From a virus (Duplodnaviria; Caudoviricetes): a stretch of 64,000 nucleotides of DNA. The position numbers and the translations under genes were made by a program. The notes under the pieces are model-generated. The model saw only the letters and a program-made list of their open reading frames with translations, ran no database searches and was not told the origin of the DNA. Below are positions 45,790 through 57,532 of this stretch, in pieces. The first letter of the stretch is position 1. Each line of letters starts with the position of its first letter. The stretch is taken from IMG/VR virus record IMGVR_UViG_3300028591_000071, one strand, 5' to 3'.

Positions 45790-47935
45790 CGTTATATTCA
45801 AGTTTCGGTTCGAACAGGACAAGTCTTATGTTCCCGTCTTCATTTATCGCATCAGGTATGGTGTAAACATACTTTTCATCAATGTACTGCACTCTTACGG
45901 GGATGTAAAGATTTTGCATGAAATTAGCTACCGTGAGTGCACTATAACCGTTGTCATCATGCGGCCAAATTATCATTGGTATTGTTTTTCCGTTACCGGC
46001 GTGATTGAATTCAACCTTCATATAAATAGTTCTGTAGGTATTTCCACTATCTACCTTTTCAGCATCATCCTTGAACAGATAAATATTAAATCCCTCGCTT
46101 GATGTCATCATATTGTATTCATTTTCAATCACTATCTCAGTGTCAAGCCTTGCTGATGCTGAGTTGTTGTCAAAGAACACAATAGGGACTGACAACTCCT
46201 TCTTCCCGAGCAGGGATGCCCTAAGAAGAAATTGTTTCATGAACTTTCCGTACAATGCGGTGGTGTCAAAAAACGATGTTGAATAATAAAGCAGTTTCTG
46301 TTCCACCGGGTCTTTGGATGTGTAATAAGAGAACCTTAAGAACGACTTGGACACCTTTGACTTCCTGTACATTATATCGCTGTCCGTGAAATCAAGCACT
46401 CCTATCATATCGGAAACCTTCCCGCTCGCTTCAACAAACTCTTTCATCTTTTGCGGGCTGAACGTCGCTTCCTCATAATCCATCCCGTTCCACCATATGG
46501 TCGCCGCCGAATCCGGGTTTATATTCCACCCATCGAGATATGGGCTGTAATCTAAATCAAAGCCTATTGCCTTCGCCGCTTCCTGTGATTCCTTGTCTAT
46601 CTCTTCACGCTTCCTGAAATGGAAATCAAACGTTATTGACGTTGCGGGTTTCAATCCATCTTCACCGTAATCAATGTGCGGTGAATATTTAACCTTTTCC
46701 ATGTCAATGACATCAGGAATGGCCGCATCCATTATCCGTTGGGCATAAACCAAATCTGATTCGTCATTTACAACGGTTCCAATCATATCTTCGGAAGAAA
46801 ACGCAAGGAACGGGACTTTCCAATATCCCGAATATCTGGTCAACTCCACGTGGCTTATCCCCGGTCTCTCATATACCACCTTTCGTGGTTGGTTTTCATT
46901 ATTTACTTCAAGGATTGGCCACCAAGGGTCTCCCCACATCGTACATCGTTTCCTCAAGTCCTCCGAATACATGAAAGTATAGTAGTATTCATTATAAACA
47001 GGCTCGAAATACGATGCGTGTTCTATAAGATATATCGCAGCATCATAATTGTCTTCTATGACTTCTCCCGATGGATATTTGCCTATCGTGGACGCTGACG
47101 TGAAGAGAATTGCGTTCCTACTGAATGATGACGGACAATATGTGTATGTATATACCTTGAAATCATAAGGATAACCGCTTATGTCGTACTTTCCGCAAGT
47201 ATCATATCCACTATATGTCAAAGTGTCGGCAGACGTAACCGTCATCGGAATACCCGTGAATGGAATCGATACGCCGTCAATGTATCCTATCCTGTTTCCG
47301 TTCATATCAAAGGCACACAACGAAAATCCGCTCAAATAATCATTTGCCGCCGCAATATCCTGTTGGTATATGCCGTGCGGTTCGTTGAACCTTATCAGGA
47401 AATGTTCGTATTCAACATCATCTTCCGTCTTCCCGCTGACGTGCATGACCGAGTCGTCAATTTTAAGGCCATCGTCTTCCATTACAATCAGATAACCCAT
47501 CTTAGGGTCAAAATACCCTTTCCCAACGGACATTGATGTGGCAGACATCGCTTCGTCGGTATCTCCGCTAAATGTAAGAAGGGTATGAATGTCGGCACTT
47601 GTGGATGCAGAAATTATCTTAAGGTCGTAATTCCTATCCCTGAGATATAGTTTTCTCTTTGGCGGAAGCGTTGTATACATGGCGTCCCATATTCCGTTCT
47701 CGTCTTCAAATTCAGTCTTTTCAAGAATCTGAACAGGCGACGTTGCCGTTTCATAAACGCCGTCATCCCCATAGACAATCCTCCTGAAATACAACATCTC
47801 CCCGATATTCATCTTCCAATTGATATTGTTTGTGAACACAATAAAGAGCCTGTCGCCTTCCTCAGCCATCATATAGACATCGGTCGGATAATATCCGTAT
47901 ATCTTCTTCCTTGAGTTTACCTTTATCGCATCCAT
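45776..47935 (-). CDS. Hypothetical structural protein (about 719 aa)
   Basis: TAATG coupling with the upstream gene gives a start at 47935. Confidence 0.7.
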   Translation of the reverse strand: MDAIKVNSRKKIYGYYPTDVYMMAEEGDRLFIVFTNNINWKMNIGEMLYFRRIVYGDDGVYETATSPVQILEKTEFEDENGIWDAMYTTLPPKRKLYLRDRNYDLKIISASTSADIHTLLTFSGDTDEAMSATSMSVGKGYFDPKMGYLIVMEDDGLKIDDSVMHVSGKTEDDVEYEHFLIRFNEPHGIYQQDIAAANDYLSGFSLCAFDMNGNRIGYIDGVSIPFTGIPMTVTSADTLTYSGYDTCGKYDISGYPYDFKVYTYTYCPSSFSRNAILFTSASTIGKYPSGEVIEDNYDAAIYLIEHASYFEPVYNEYYYTFMYSEDLRKRCTMWGDPWWPILEVNNENQPRKVVYERPGISHVELTRYSGYWKVPFLAFSSEDMIGTVVNDESDLVYAQRIMDAAIPDVIDMEKVKYSPHIDYGEDGLKPATSITFDFHFRKREEIDKESQEAAKAIGFDLDYSPYLDGWNINPDSAATIWWNGMDYEEATFSPQKMKEFVEASGKVSDMIGVLDFTDSDIMYRKSKVSKSFLRFSYYTSKDPVEQKLLYYSTSFFDTTALYGKFMKQFLLRASLLGKKELSVPIVFFDNNSASARLDTEIVIENEYNMMTSSEGFNIYLFKDDAEKVDSGNTYRTIYMKVEFNHAGNGKTIPMIIWPHDDNGYSALTVANFMQNLYIPVRVQYIDEKYVYTIPDAINEDGNIRLVLFEPKLEYNDGAS

Positions 47936-50649
47936 TAGTAACAAATATTGTTCAGATTATTATAAAAATTGTATACCGAACTCAAGTCGAGCCTGTCTGA
48001 CGAACTCTCAAGCCTGAAATATTCCATAGGGTTGTATATATCCGTACCCTTAGCCCACAGCAGGCCGAAATCACCGAACGGGTCCTGTCTCCTTAAGAAG
48101 AACGTTATATTCTTTTCAATATAGAAATGCCCGTTGGCAAAAGGTATGTCATATAGTTCGGAATCCTGTGTCATGAGTGACGGACTGACAAACCCCCTCC
48201 ATACAAACGACCTTGTCTCCTTGTCAAACGCGGCATAAGTAGGTATGGCATCTTCGCTGTAATACGCCCTGAATCGCCTATCGGGGCCATTGGATAGGGC
48301 TCCCTTTATCTCGTCACTTGTCTTCCCGAACGGAACGCCCTCAAACGAAAGGGTAAGTTTCATACTGTCCACTTTCTTTATCTCACCCCACGCAATTACC
48401 GGCGGGTAATAAACACCGTCAACGATTCCGCCTTCGTCATAAAAAGCGATATAGTCACCCTTCTTGAAGTTATAATCGGTTGGAACGGCTATCTTTATGG
48501 TTGTGTTCTCAAGTCCCTCAACACCTACGACTTCTCCAAACTTATAATTAATCAATTTCGCCCTTCTTTTCTCAACAGATTCGGAATCTTCCTTCAACTG
48601 AATCCTTGTGTGCGGATTATAGAAATACCCTTCAGGACAGATATTTGCTGATATTACAACTTCTTCTCTATTATACTTGGTTTCTGAAAGATTCTCTTCT
48701 TTAACCTCGAATCCGGCTAATCGTCCGCCGCTCTCCTGCCTGAAGTCATAATCATCGGATTTTAACTTATCATATGGCATTTTGGTATACTTGGAGCCCT
48801 TATATTCCCTCTGTGCCGTATTGAATCTGTATAGAACAGGGGTTATCTCCGTTTCAGTATAATACGACGGGTCAAATTCAACGACATTACCATAAAATGT
48901 ATCGTCATCAATCGTTATATCATAACAAACTGCAGATGGAACGCCAAACAGGATTGTCTGACCGAACGAAGAACACGCTAAAAGGTCCCCCGATTCATAC
49001 ATGGTTGTTCCTGTTATGTCTATATTATGCAGATATCGTATGTTATAATCGAACTGTGCCGCAGACGACGGCCCGAAGTCAACACCCGCAGTAACCTCGC
49101 CGAAGCAATGCGAAAACTCTATGCCCGAAGACGAATAATCATTTGTGCTGTTGTCATACCACTCATCGTGCCCCGCATTCCTCTTGACTACCGTGAAATA
49201 GATTTCAGAGACGGGTCTGCCGCGATGGTCCTCAAGTTCACTGATATCAACATCGTCGGTAAAAACTACCTGTGCGACCCTGTCCCCGTAGATATTCTCC
49301 GCAAACGCAAGTTTATTGACATCACTCCTTAAGTTCTGTTCATCTCCGTTGGAGTCCTTTCTCTTTATCTTCTTGTATATCCTGAAATAGTACTGACACT
49401 CGCTTCCGTTCGACACTTTCTTATAGAACATCTCTTCGGAGATGTTTTCATATATGTTCTTCACGTCACTTATTCTTATGCTGAAATATCTGTCCTTTTC
49501 AGCCCCGTCAAGATTACCGACAGATGAAATCTTGACCTTTAATGGATATTTTACGAACGGCAGGCCTTCGGCATTCGATGCGGTATCCCCTGAATAATAA
49601 TAGATATTTATGTAGCTTCCGACAGATAAAGTATGCTTGAAAGACGACTTATACATAATGGTATTGTCATCAACATATGCCGCCTCGGTACTTATTGTCC
49701 CCCCATATCCCCCGCAAACGGTATCAACCATATCAGTGTCCGCCGAATATGGATATGTAAGGCAATAGTCCCAATTCTTTTCAGGCCTTTGTCTGAACTT
49801 GTTGTATTTCGGCAGGAAGGAATATAATGAACGGTCAGGATACATATCTATGAACTCACAAGCTTTGTTGTTTGCGAGCATCCTGTTTATCGTCACGCCA
49901 CTGCTTTTTCCTCCGGAATTCGGTATGTCAATGTATCCGGGATTTGTAAAACCAATCCACCCGTCCTTCTCCTTTATTCTATTGAGATATGCGTCCCTGA
50001 GAGTCGTTATGCTCTCTGAATTATAAAGATGAAGCCTAGTCTTTTCCATGTCGTTTGGATTAATCATGTTCTCTATGAAATTTCCTTCACCATCACGCAT
50101 ATAGTCTTTTATTGTATTATAGACCTCCTTGCTGTCAGGCTTGGTAGTGTTGTTCATCATATTCACATGAGCGAAAGTATCTGACCTCAGCATATGGTTG
50201 TTGAATATATCCATTCCGCAATGATAGACGAATCCTCCGTTTGACTTATGGCTATACTCGGTATCTTTTATCGCCTGTTTCCTCGTTATCTTGGATGTGT
50301 TCTGAATCGTATCAGCCACCGTTCCGTCTTCCCTCTTCACATCTTCGGGATTTATTGCGGAGGTCTCAAGGTCCGTAAGTACAATGGCATCTTCAGAGCC
50401 CTCGTTTTGAACAATTTCGGTCTGCACATTAAAAAGAACGTTGCTGCAGATTGGATTTACTACAAATATAAACCTATACTTATCACAAGCATCCCTTTCA
50501 GCGAGATACTGTTCATATAGGGAAAGATTTGCATAAATGCTATTCCCTTGGAGTGTCTTTGATTTCGTTGTCAAATCCACTCCAATGGTATTGCTCACAT
50601 TCACAGCATCCCTATATCGGTTTTCTTCTAATAGTATCTTCGTTCCCAT
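47935..50649 (-). CDS. Hypothetical structural protein (about 904 aa)
   Basis: TGATG coupling with the upstream gene. Confidence 0.7.
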   Translation of the reverse strand: MGTKILLEENRYRDAVNVSNTIGVDLTTKSKTLQGNSIYANLSLYEQYLAERDACDKYRFIFVVNPICSNVLFNVQTEIVQNEGSEDAIVLTDLETSAINPEDVKREDGTVADTIQNTSKITRKQAIKDTEYSHKSNGGFVYHCGMDIFNNHMLRSDTFAHVNMMNNTTKPDSKEVYNTIKDYMRDGEGNFIENMINPNDMEKTRLHLYNSESITTLRDAYLNRIKEKDGWIGFTNPGYIDIPNSGGKSSGVTINRMLANNKACEFIDMYPDRSLYSFLPKYNKFRQRPEKNWDYCLTYPYSADTDMVDTVCGGYGGTISTEAAYVDDNTIMYKSSFKHTLSVGSYINIYYYSGDTASNAEGLPFVKYPLKVKISSVGNLDGAEKDRYFSIRISDVKNIYENISEEMFYKKVSNGSECQYYFRIYKKIKRKDSNGDEQNLRSDVNKLAFAENIYGDRVAQVVFTDDVDISELEDHRGRPVSEIYFTVVKRNAGHDEWYDNSTNDYSSSGIEFSHCFGEVTAGVDFGPSSAAQFDYNIRYLHNIDITGTTMYESGDLLACSSFGQTILFGVPSAVCYDITIDDDTFYGNVVEFDPSYYTETEITPVLYRFNTAQREYKGSKYTKMPYDKLKSDDYDFRQESGGRLAGFEVKEENLSETKYNREEVVISANICPEGYFYNPHTRIQLKEDSESVEKRRAKLINYKFGEVVGVEGLENTTIKIAVPTDYNFKKGDYIAFYDEGGIVDGVYYPPVIAWGEIKKVDSMKLTLSFEGVPFGKTSDEIKGALSNGPDRRFRAYYSEDAIPTYAAFDKETRSFVWRGFVSPSLMTQDSELYDIPFANGHFYIEKNITFFLRRQDPFGDFGLLWAKGTDIYNPMEYFRLESSSDRLDLSSVYNFYNNLNNICY

Positions 50650-53600
50650 CACTGTTCAAATTTATATTTATAAGTTGCTTTTTGAGTATTCTTTATCAGA
50701 ATCTCATAACTACCTTCTCCAAATATCCAACAATGCAAGACTAAATCGAATCTGTTGCTGTTAATTGATAGCGGATTGCTGCCAGATAACGGTATCTCTA
50801 AGAGTCCCGTGGTCAGACTGCTTGCGGTAACCTCTCTGGAGACCATATTTCCATTGATTGTATACCAGAACGAGACAGAACCCGTAATATTTTTAACTTC
50901 AATCATTGGCAATGATGTAAGTTTGATATATTCAATATTTTTGCCATATTCAGCCGACGCCACAACGAACTCGTCATTGCTGTCATTTATTTTTTCTATC
51001 TCAACCGATGGCGAGATGAAATCGCTCTGTTCGCCGTCATCACCTTCACCGCCTTCACCAGGGTGGCCTCCTCTCTGATAAATAACCAATGTTGTGGTAC
51101 CGGTAGGCGGACCTTGCCACGTTAATTCTATCTTACGTTCTCTTTCTTCCTCGTTTTCGTTCGGATAAACTGTTATAGATACCGGTACGTATTGTGTACC
51201 ATCCGCATCAGTACTTCCGCCACCGTAAGTTATATCAAAGAAATTAGACTCCGATGTAGGACTTATAGTATAGTCTGTCGCAGCGCTGAACACTTTGGCG
51301 TAAATCTCCACGGTTTCACCCGAAGAACCAACCGTAACCATTGTTATAGCATTTTCATCGCTCGGATTATCAATAAATAACGCAAGGGCATACCTGCCTT
51401 CAAGCGTGTTAGATGCAACTGGGTCTAAATAAATTCTATATACATTTCCATTGGCATTCCCGTTTTCGTCTTCAAAATGTTGAACACCTATTACGATGAA
51501 TCGGTCTGCGCCCCTGGTGGACATAGGTTCTCCAGGGACAATAGCACTACTACGGTCTAAACGACTCTTTATCGCCTTGGACATGGACCATGTTCCCCCA
51601 CTGACAACCGTCGACAATATCTTTATGGACTTCCTGAATCCAATCTTTGGTTTCCCCTTCTCCGGTGGCATGTTCATCGTAGAAGCCGATGCTTCAGCCA
51701 AATACCTTTCCAAATCTCCTATTCTAATGCGGTTTTGTTTCGACACTTTTATCGCATGAATCTTGTAGTCGGATTCGCCGTTATCACTATCACCATCGTC
51801 GGTTTCTTCAGTCCAAGGAAGATATGCTTTTATTTTTCTTCCTTCATCGGCTATCTGTATAATAATATCACCACCGTAAGTATCATAAATAGCCCCCTCT
51901 TCAAAGTATCCTAATACATAAAGCATCTTAGGACTATTAAAGAGCGATATTCGCGGATATGTCGGCACATACTTGTAATTATCCTCATAGAAAATGTCAT
52001 CACTCCTACCTTCAAACGGGACAAGATAATATGTGATATTATCATATCCACCCTCGCTGTCACCCCACAATCTTATTTCATCATTTCCCACCAATTGATA
52101 ATACATGGTATTATGGAACGCACTTCCCATTTTTAGTTCGACCGATACCGCTTCTGCCTTATATGCATTGTAATTCTCATATAACGTATCAGTGTCCAAA
52201 ATCTTGTATGCCAGTATATCGTTACCATGAACATAATAAGGGAAACCTTCTGTTATCCCAAATGACGGGTCATCAATGCGTTCATCAGTAAAGCCCGATA
52301 CTTGTTTGCTCCTATTTGCTGTTAAACCCATATAATCAGGCAGAGGGCCGACATTTATTTGTGTCTTCCCCTCATTGTCGCTATTATCGGACCTGTTATA
52401 GATTCCGGTTATATAGGAATCCCCTGCAAAACATTGTTTGAAAGTGACTCCATTCATTATGTCAGCCTCAATCTTTTCCCCGCGAATTTCCGATACCGCC
52501 GTAGGCTTTGAAATCCCATCAGTATCTGTAACCATTTCCAACTTGGTATCCATTATTTCGAAATAGTTTACTTTGACTTCGAAATGTTTCTTGATTACAG
52601 GATAATTGATGGTTGGATAAACCACTCCGTTCTCATACAGTCCACCTTCGTCATCATCACCAAACAGGGTTATGCTTCCTCCGCCGGGATTTACATAAGC
52701 AGGCATAACGTTACCATACGGAACAGGTTTAAATATGCATCCATCCCCTTCCCTTAATAACGATGACGAAGCATCCAACGCCTTAGTCATGCCATTCTTG
52801 TTGGTGATAGTAGACGCATAATTTCCACAAACCATGGAATCGTTCACCGTCATGGCATTATAATTATAGATTGGTCTTTCCGGCTTTTCGTTTATTGTTA
52901 ATGTGGCATAATAAGATGCATCATCATCCAAGGAATAACCATCAGGTATTGCAATATCATATTCGGCTGATGATATAGGTTCGTTTTCATTAATATAAAC
53001 ACCATTAACTGATTGTGGGCTTCCAAACAACCATTTCAACCCGTTTATAGGTCGCACGTGACTTGAGAACGGCACTAATTTACCATATGGATATAGGATA
53101 CTCTTCTTTATATCCCAAGCCAAAAAACTACCGGTCGTGTCTTCTAGATAACTCCTCCACCAGTTATCAGGCGTCATCGCATCACCCGCAAGTTCCTTAT
53201 ATTCCGTTGCCAACACCGGGCCCATGGTGAGATTAAGGGTGCTCGTATCCAAAAGGGTAAATGATGATATTTTCAGATAAACGGCATTCCCGCCATTGCA
53301 CCGATAACTGACATAGATGTCATAAGGAGTATTTGCTGAATTCAAATAAAGATATGTATCCCCGCCTTCAACAACCGTAACGGATTTCTCCGCATTACCT
53401 GCGGGGTTTCCTCCTTCGGCCACGGCCACAAGCTTCAGGTCACTGATTTCAGTTTCTTCATCATCTTCAGGGATATTAATTTTAACATCGGTTCCAAGTA
53501 TGTATCCACCTTCAAAAATGCTGCCGCCACCCCTGCTGGTATTCTGCCAAATCTTATTGAAATCATACTTTTCGAACGACCCTCCAATTACTCCGGCTCC

Positions 53601-56600
53601 CACTGAAAATTCAAGAGTGGCCTCGCTTCCATTAGCGTCAGTAACTATTATCTTATGCTGTCCAATACTTAAGGTAAAACCTTCAATATCATTTTCATCT
53701 TCATATATATGCCTCTCGCCGTCTATGTTAATGATTAAAGGTGGCTCCATGTTACGGACATAAGGCACAACCAATGATGTACCATCACAAATCGAAAAAT
53801 CATCGACAGAAACATAAATCGATGGCTGCCTTTGTGATAAGGTTGATGTCTCGCACTCAGAGAAAAACTGTTTGTTAAACTCATCAAGAGCCGTAGAACC
53901 ATCCCTTAATCCAAAATAGAAATAGAAACTATTTTCATACTGAGGAAGATACATGATTCCGTTCTTGTCTTTGCCGAACTGCCTTACGTGTCTTTCCTTG
54001 AGTTTTTTAACATCATCATATGTCAAGCCGAACCTGAACATATAATAATCTATGCTCGGGAATTCTATGGTCCTTGTCTTCGTATTGGCTGTTTCGTTTT
54101 CATCGTAATCATCCCTTGTATTGCCTGGTAGGATGCCAAATTTGCTCAGCCAATTACTTTCTTCCTTAACGCTCGTTATTTTCTGGTTATAAGGCGTTGA
54201 AACACCGGCATACTTAGTAAATTCCCCATTGAAATTTATTGGGTTGGAATGCTGAAAATCATAAACCTTATATCCGTTGTCGGGATTAACCTTATCTGCA
54301 ATCAATCTGTTCTTGTTCATTGTCGCAAACATCTTGCGGAAATCATCATCTATGATTTCCTCGCCGGAAATAAAGCCCGTAGGTGCGATATACGTATATT
54401 CCATCTTGGTGTCTCCGTCATTCTCATTCACATCACGGACTTCTTCCCTCCTCTGTGACATTGAAACCCCAAGTTCACATATTCGTTCAAGATTAATGCA
54501 TGACTTTATGTTTGTCTGTGAATTGACGCAAGATAGCCCAAGGAAATGCCCACCGGGATAATACAACTTATTTTTGTCAATCTTCCCCTGTCCAGGACCT
54601 GTATAATTCCATGCAATTCCAGCGGATTCCGTCATGGCGATAGTGTCACTAGGGTCATCATACTGAGTATCATAATTTTCACTTGCGCCGCTGAAAAATT
54701 TCAGTTCGTTATAAAGAGCGGTGTCACCCGAAATCGGTATGACCCTTACCGGTTTCTCAAGTTCAGACAATTCTGTTTTTTCCGTTGTTTGATTTCCCGT
54801 TGAACATATTGTTCCCTTATCACCATATGAATAAAGCGGCCCGCTCTCTTCCATATTTGTGAGAGCAAGGTTTGTCGGCATGATATATGAAGACCCAACA
54901 AGATGCTTGAACGCTTGCGGTATTCCATATAAATCACAATTGTTGAGTGAACCAAGAAGAACTATATCGGTAGCAAAGAGATTTATCTTCCTGTGGAGAG
55001 GAGATGTGTTGTTCGTCCATTCACAAGGTTTGAAATAATACACATGGTGTCCGTAAATAGTCTCCTTCTCATGGCAGATACCCCCATTTTTCTTAAAAAT
55101 GGTTTGTTGGGTAAGTCCTCTTTTCTTATGAAGGTTATTGGATTTGACGATTTCTTTATCCCCCCAAAGGGATGTTGTCACCTTTGAATATGTATTGTAA
55201 TTACCGACCCTCTGTCTCTCAAAGCCCATTGAACACATCTGTGTATAGCGTCTTGACTTTGAGAAAGTCTTGGTGTCATCCATACAACCCTTTATCTTAG
55301 CCCTTGCTACGGTGATACCAAGAAACTTGCGTTTTTTTCTCATATATCTCACGAACCTAGGGACATATATGAGACCGTTAATCCAATCATTATAGAAGTC
55401 AAAATTAATTACCTTATATTCCTGTGCAAGGTTCATCTCAATGCAGGAAATAAGATAGTCGGTCCTAATTGTCAAGCACGTCGCCTTATCGTCCGTATCC
55501 TGATTTTGGTCATCTATTGACTCCTTATCGTCATCCGTAGTGATGCCCGTTAATGTTTGTTTAAGGAGATTATATGGCTCTAAACCTTTAGGCGGGTCAG
55601 ATGTTGTCCAAAGGTTTTTGAGAAACATTGGTGCAAAATACCAATTCTCTAAGTCAGGACATAATCCCTCGTCAATTACATTCATCTTAAGGGTTAGCGC
55701 CTTTCTGTATTGTTTCTTAAATGGATGCCACGTAATTAACTTGGATTTTCCCAACTTATTTAGGACATAATTTGGTAAGGCCCGAAGAATACCTCCCGCT
55801 ATATCAATTTCTCCAAGGCCAGCCAGGAAGTTACCAAACGCTGAAATAACCGTATTAACAACTCCGGTCACCTTTATGAATGCCTTAACCAACAAGCATA
55901 TCACCTTGAACATGAACGGCAACCTGATTCTAATGTTGTTGTACGGCATCGGATTATTTCCGCCAAAGTTTTGTACATGCTTGATGCCTGAGAATTTATC
56001 CTCTTTCCATCCGCCCACCTTTCGTTTCTGAAAACGCGGGATATATGACTTTACCGTGTAAACATTGTTCCAAAACAAATCCCTGAATGATTCATCCTTG
56101 GTATAAGTTCCGAACTCGTAATCATAATCCTCATGGTCAACGCCATCCAAATTCTGCGGATTGTGCGGAACAAGAACCTTCGGCCTGAAGAAATTCTCGG
56201 TATTCAGTTCCATATCCTGAAGGGATATCCTGAACCTTACCCTTGTCCTTGTAGGAATACCCTTGTCCGGGTTGTCGGTAGGAACCATATTCCCGTATTC
56301 GTCGGTAATCATATAATCAAGATTCATAGGAATCTGATAGCACCAAATTCCGTTTCCGTCAATCAACTCCGTTCCCTTGACCTGAAATTCCTCGACACTC
56401 CCGCCATAGGTCTTCCTAATCATCTCGATGGTTCCCTTACCCGTAACCAATTCGTCCATATTTCCCATACTTGGGGTCGGGATACACTTCTTCGAAATAC
56501 CATTCGACGCATTGTCGCCTGCAATACACCCCATGAAAACACAAGTAGGCTCAAACTTGTACGCTACGTCAATGTCCGCCCTTGTGATTCCAATGGTTTC

Positions 56601-57296
56601 ACCCATTCCTTCGTTCCCCCAAAACGGCTGTACATACACGGTCTTGTCCTGGGTGAATATTTGGCTCAGATTAGTGTATGATGTTCCCGTCTTGAACATA
56701 TTCGGATTCTCGAACTGTTCCACGGTATAACCCTTGTAGATAAAGTCCCTCGGCCTTTGTGAAAGGATTCCACAATCGGACAGGTCAAGGTCCATGTGTA
56801 TCGTATGGGTTCCCGTAGGAACACCGCAAATCATATAGTCGCCCGCATTGTTTGTTCTTGTGGTATATTTGTAATACTTCTCAAATACCTCCATGATAAC
56901 GTCGTTATCGAGAAGATATCTTTTATTCGGAAACGTACCGACAATCTGATGGCAGTCACCGACCTTCTCATCCGGAAGAAGATTATATCTTACCCCATCC
57001 GAGCCCCTGCTGACGCTTGACGAATAGGAGTAAATTTTTTGCATCTCCTCGCTGTCAACGGAATCGGCACTGATGAATATGCTTATCTTGGCATTCGGTA
57101 CGCCAAATCCGCCGTTCGCCTGCACCCTTCCCGCAACGACGCCGTAATTGGAATTATGAAGACGATACACATCCGAACTTGTCAGTTTCATTGACAATAT
57201 ATCGAATGTGTCATAATCCTGTTCAAGGTTAACGCTTACGTAGGTATCATTACCTATCGTCGTCTTTATCCTATATGACTTGCTGTTCTCCGACAT
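50649..57296 (-). CDS. Very large baseplate-associated protein (2215 aa) with a BACON-like domain near the C-terminus
   Basis: N-terminal GVVAGRV...GVPNAKI...TNNAGDY beta-sandwich; ITVYPNE...R...I.L......LVIYQ.G BACON-like pattern. Confidence 0.65.
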   Translation of the reverse strand: MSENSKSYRIKTTIGNDTYVSVNLEQDYDTFDILSMKLTSSDVYRLHNSNYGVVAGRVQANGGFGVPNAKISIFISADSVDSEEMQKIYSYSSSVSRGSDGVRYNLLPDEKVGDCHQIVGTFPNKRYLLDNDVIMEVFEKYYKYTTRTNNAGDYMICGVPTGTHTIHMDLDLSDCGILSQRPRDFIYKGYTVEQFENPNMFKTGTSYTNLSQIFTQDKTVYVQPFWGNEGMGETIGITRADIDVAYKFEPTCVFMGCIAGDNASNGISKKCIPTPSMGNMDELVTGKGTIEMIRKTYGGSVEEFQVKGTELIDGNGIWCYQIPMNLDYMITDEYGNMVPTDNPDKGIPTRTRVRFRISLQDMELNTENFFRPKVLVPHNPQNLDGVDHEDYDYEFGTYTKDESFRDLFWNNVYTVKSYIPRFQKRKVGGWKEDKFSGIKHVQNFGGNNPMPYNNIRIRLPFMFKVICLLVKAFIKVTGVVNTVISAFGNFLAGLGEIDIAGGILRALPNYVLNKLGKSKLITWHPFKKQYRKALTLKMNVIDEGLCPDLENWYFAPMFLKNLWTTSDPPKGLEPYNLLKQTLTGITTDDDKESIDDQNQDTDDKATCLTIRTDYLISCIEMNLAQEYKVINFDFYNDWINGLIYVPRFVRYMRKKRKFLGITVARAKIKGCMDDTKTFSKSRRYTQMCSMGFERQRVGNYNTYSKVTTSLWGDKEIVKSNNLHKKRGLTQQTIFKKNGGICHEKETIYGHHVYYFKPCEWTNNTSPLHRKINLFATDIVLLGSLNNCDLYGIPQAFKHLVGSSYIMPTNLALTNMEESGPLYSYGDKGTICSTGNQTTEKTELSELEKPVRVIPISGDTALYNELKFFSGASENYDTQYDDPSDTIAMTESAGIAWNYTGPGQGKIDKNKLYYPGGHFLGLSCVNSQTNIKSCINLERICELGVSMSQRREEVRDVNENDGDTKMEYTYIAPTGFISGEEIIDDDFRKMFATMNKNRLIADKVNPDNGYKVYDFQHSNPINFNGEFTKYAGVSTPYNQKITSVKEESNWLSKFGILPGNTRDDYDENETANTKTRTIEFPSIDYYMFRFGLTYDDVKKLKERHVRQFGKDKNGIMYLPQYENSFYFYFGLRDGSTALDEFNKQFFSECETSTLSQRQPSIYVSVDDFSICDGTSLVVPYVRNMEPPLIINIDGERHIYEDENDIEGFTLSIGQHKIIVTDANGSEATLEFSVGAGVIGGSFEKYDFNKIWQNTSRGGGSIFEGGYILGTDVKINIPEDDEETEISDLKLVAVAEGGNPAGNAEKSVTVVEGGDTYLYLNSANTPYDIYVSYRCNGGNAVYLKISSFTLLDTSTLNLTMGPVLATEYKELAGDAMTPDNWWRSYLEDTTGSFLAWDIKKSILYPYGKLVPFSSHVRPINGLKWLFGSPQSVNGVYINENEPISSAEYDIAIPDGYSLDDDASYYATLTINEKPERPIYNYNAMTVNDSMVCGNYASTITNKNGMTKALDASSSLLREGDGCIFKPVPYGNVMPAYVNPGGGSITLFGDDDEGGLYENGVVYPTINYPVIKKHFEVKVNYFEIMDTKLEMVTDTDGISKPTAVSEIRGEKIEADIMNGVTFKQCFAGDSYITGIYNRSDNSDNEGKTQINVGPLPDYMGLTANRSKQVSGFTDERIDDPSFGITEGFPYYVHGNDILAYKILDTDTLYENYNAYKAEAVSVELKMGSAFHNTMYYQLVGNDEIRLWGDSEGGYDNITYYLVPFEGRSDDIFYEDNYKYVPTYPRISLFNSPKMLYVLGYFEEGAIYDTYGGDIIIQIADEGRKIKAYLPWTEETDDGDSDNGESDYKIHAIKVSKQNRIRIGDLERYLAEASASTMNMPPEKGKPKIGFRKSIKILSTVVSGGTWSMSKAIKSRLDRSSAIVPGEPMSTRGADRFIVIGVQHFEDENGNANGNVYRIYLDPVASNTLEGRYALALFIDNPSDENAITMVTVGSSGETVEIYAKVFSAATDYTISPTSESNFFDITYGGGSTDADGTQYVPVSITVYPNENEEERERKIELTWQGPPTGTTTLVIYQRGGHPGEGGEGDDGEQSDFISPSVEIEKINDSNDEFVVASAEYGKNIEYIKLTSLPMIEVKNITGSVSFWYTINGNMVSREVTASSLTTGLLEIPLSGSNPLSINSNRFDLVLHCWIFGEGSYEILIKNTQKATYKYKFEQ

Positions 57297-57531
57297 TCTT
57301 ATTCAACCTGAATATTTTATCTAAAACGATGTGCTCGCCCCTTACCGCTTTTACAATGACATAAACAACCATAAACGGTATAACCGGTATTAACATCAGA
57401 CATATGAAGAGATTTTCAATCTTTGCTAAGACGCTTCCTCTTATATTCGTCTTCTTGTTCTTCGGCAGATTGTCCCCGTATTTCTTATGTAAGTAATCTA
57501 TCTGTTGATTTACCTTGCAAGCACACGCCAT
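57271..57531 (-). CDS. Small membrane protein with an N-terminal CxC (MACACK)
   Basis: Hydrophobic LFICLMLIPVIPFMVVYVIV; starts 1 nt after the gp6-like stop. Confidence 0.7.
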   Translation of the reverse strand: MACACKVNQQIDYLHKKYGDNLPKNKKTNIRGSVLAKIENLFICLMLIPVIPFMVVYVIVKAVRGEHIVLDKIFRLNKNVGEQQVI

Positions 57532-57532
57532 A

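Noticed and set aside
44806-46102. 371-aa and 244-aa plus-strand ORFs
   Set aside because: Fully antisense to coupled operon genes, non-ATG starts, no recognisable motifs.
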